Assembly: GCA_963731735.1 (NCBI GenBank)
Contig: CAVSWO010000002.1
Location: 564,257 to 628,256 of the forward strand
Direction: 5' to 3'
DNA length: 64,000 nt
Source: Candidatus Kerfeldbacteria bacterium
Lineage (GTDB): Bacteria > Patescibacteriota > Patescibacteriia > SBBC01 > CAIJZX01
Numbering within the stretch: the stretch's first letter is position 1; the number at the start of each line of letters is the position of its first letter. Shown here one piece after another: positions 63,823-64,000 of the stretch. Below the pieces are notes generated by a model. The model made no database searches. It was not told the DNA's origin and saw only the letters and a list, made by a program, of their open reading frames with translations. The translations under genes were made by a program, and so were the position numbers.

Positions 63823-64000
63823 ATGAATCGAGCGACTGAGCCTGACGCTCAGCTTTAAGTTGTTTGAAGCGGGCATGCGTTGCCCAGAGACTCTGGCCCT
63901 CAAAAACAATGGCCAGTCCCAGGCAGATTTCTGAACCGAGGACATAGGCCGGGTGATGCGTCGGTATCAGCATCAGCCCGACTCCGACCGCCACGAACGC
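63821..64000 (-). CDS. 3' end of a membrane protein (gene begins beyond the window)
   Basis: Open frame AFVAVGVGLMLIPTHHPAYVLGSEICLGLAIVFEGQSLW...QSLDS-stop, followed by terminator. Confidence 0.6.
   Translation of the reverse strand, partial: AFVAVGVGLMLIPTHHPAYVLGSEICLGLAIVFEGQSLWATHARFKQLKAERQAQSLDS

Noticed and set aside
1-64000. Alternative genetic code, CRISPR array, prophage, transposase, rRNA
   Set aside because: TGA terminates genes normally and RF2 is present; no repeat-spacer arrays, phage, transposase or rRNA signatures recognised

Overview
Bacterial chromosome segment, almost entirely + strand, standard code (TGA used as stop). Gene content and style (VirB2-like pilin fused to a giant Ig-rich protein, cohesin/dockerin proteins, Asn-rich membrane-anchored proteins, type 2 IleRS with a phosphatase insert) point to Patescibacteria/CPR, probably ABY1-like (inference). 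Housekeeping genes: lepB, hisS, HIT, rpsU, yqeY, ybeY, dgkA, ftsA, ftsZ, nrdR, nrdJ, cobO, htrA, an L,D-transpeptidase, frameshifted prfB, split comEC, infC-rpmI-rplT, smpB, argS, ileS, recO. RNA genes: tRNA-Val(CAC), tRNA-Asp(GTC) and tmRNA. The best candidate for an undescribed system is the operon at 1-9827. It holds at least three paralogous secreted pilin-like subunits, a membrane-anchored DUF916/chaperone-like protein, a hybrid subunit whose pilin-like C-domain is replaced by a dockerin, three membrane-anchored cohesin proteins and a GT2. This suggests an usher-less donor-strand fibre tethered to the membrane by cohesin-dockerin binding. Also notable: a B12 salvage module with an atypical cobalamin riboswitch carrying REP-like inserts, a 1890-aa double-pilin fusion, an anti-acceptor leader on the tmRNA, a TLGN-type ArgRS, and many apparently leaderless genes. 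All family assignments come from motif recognition by eye; no searches were run.
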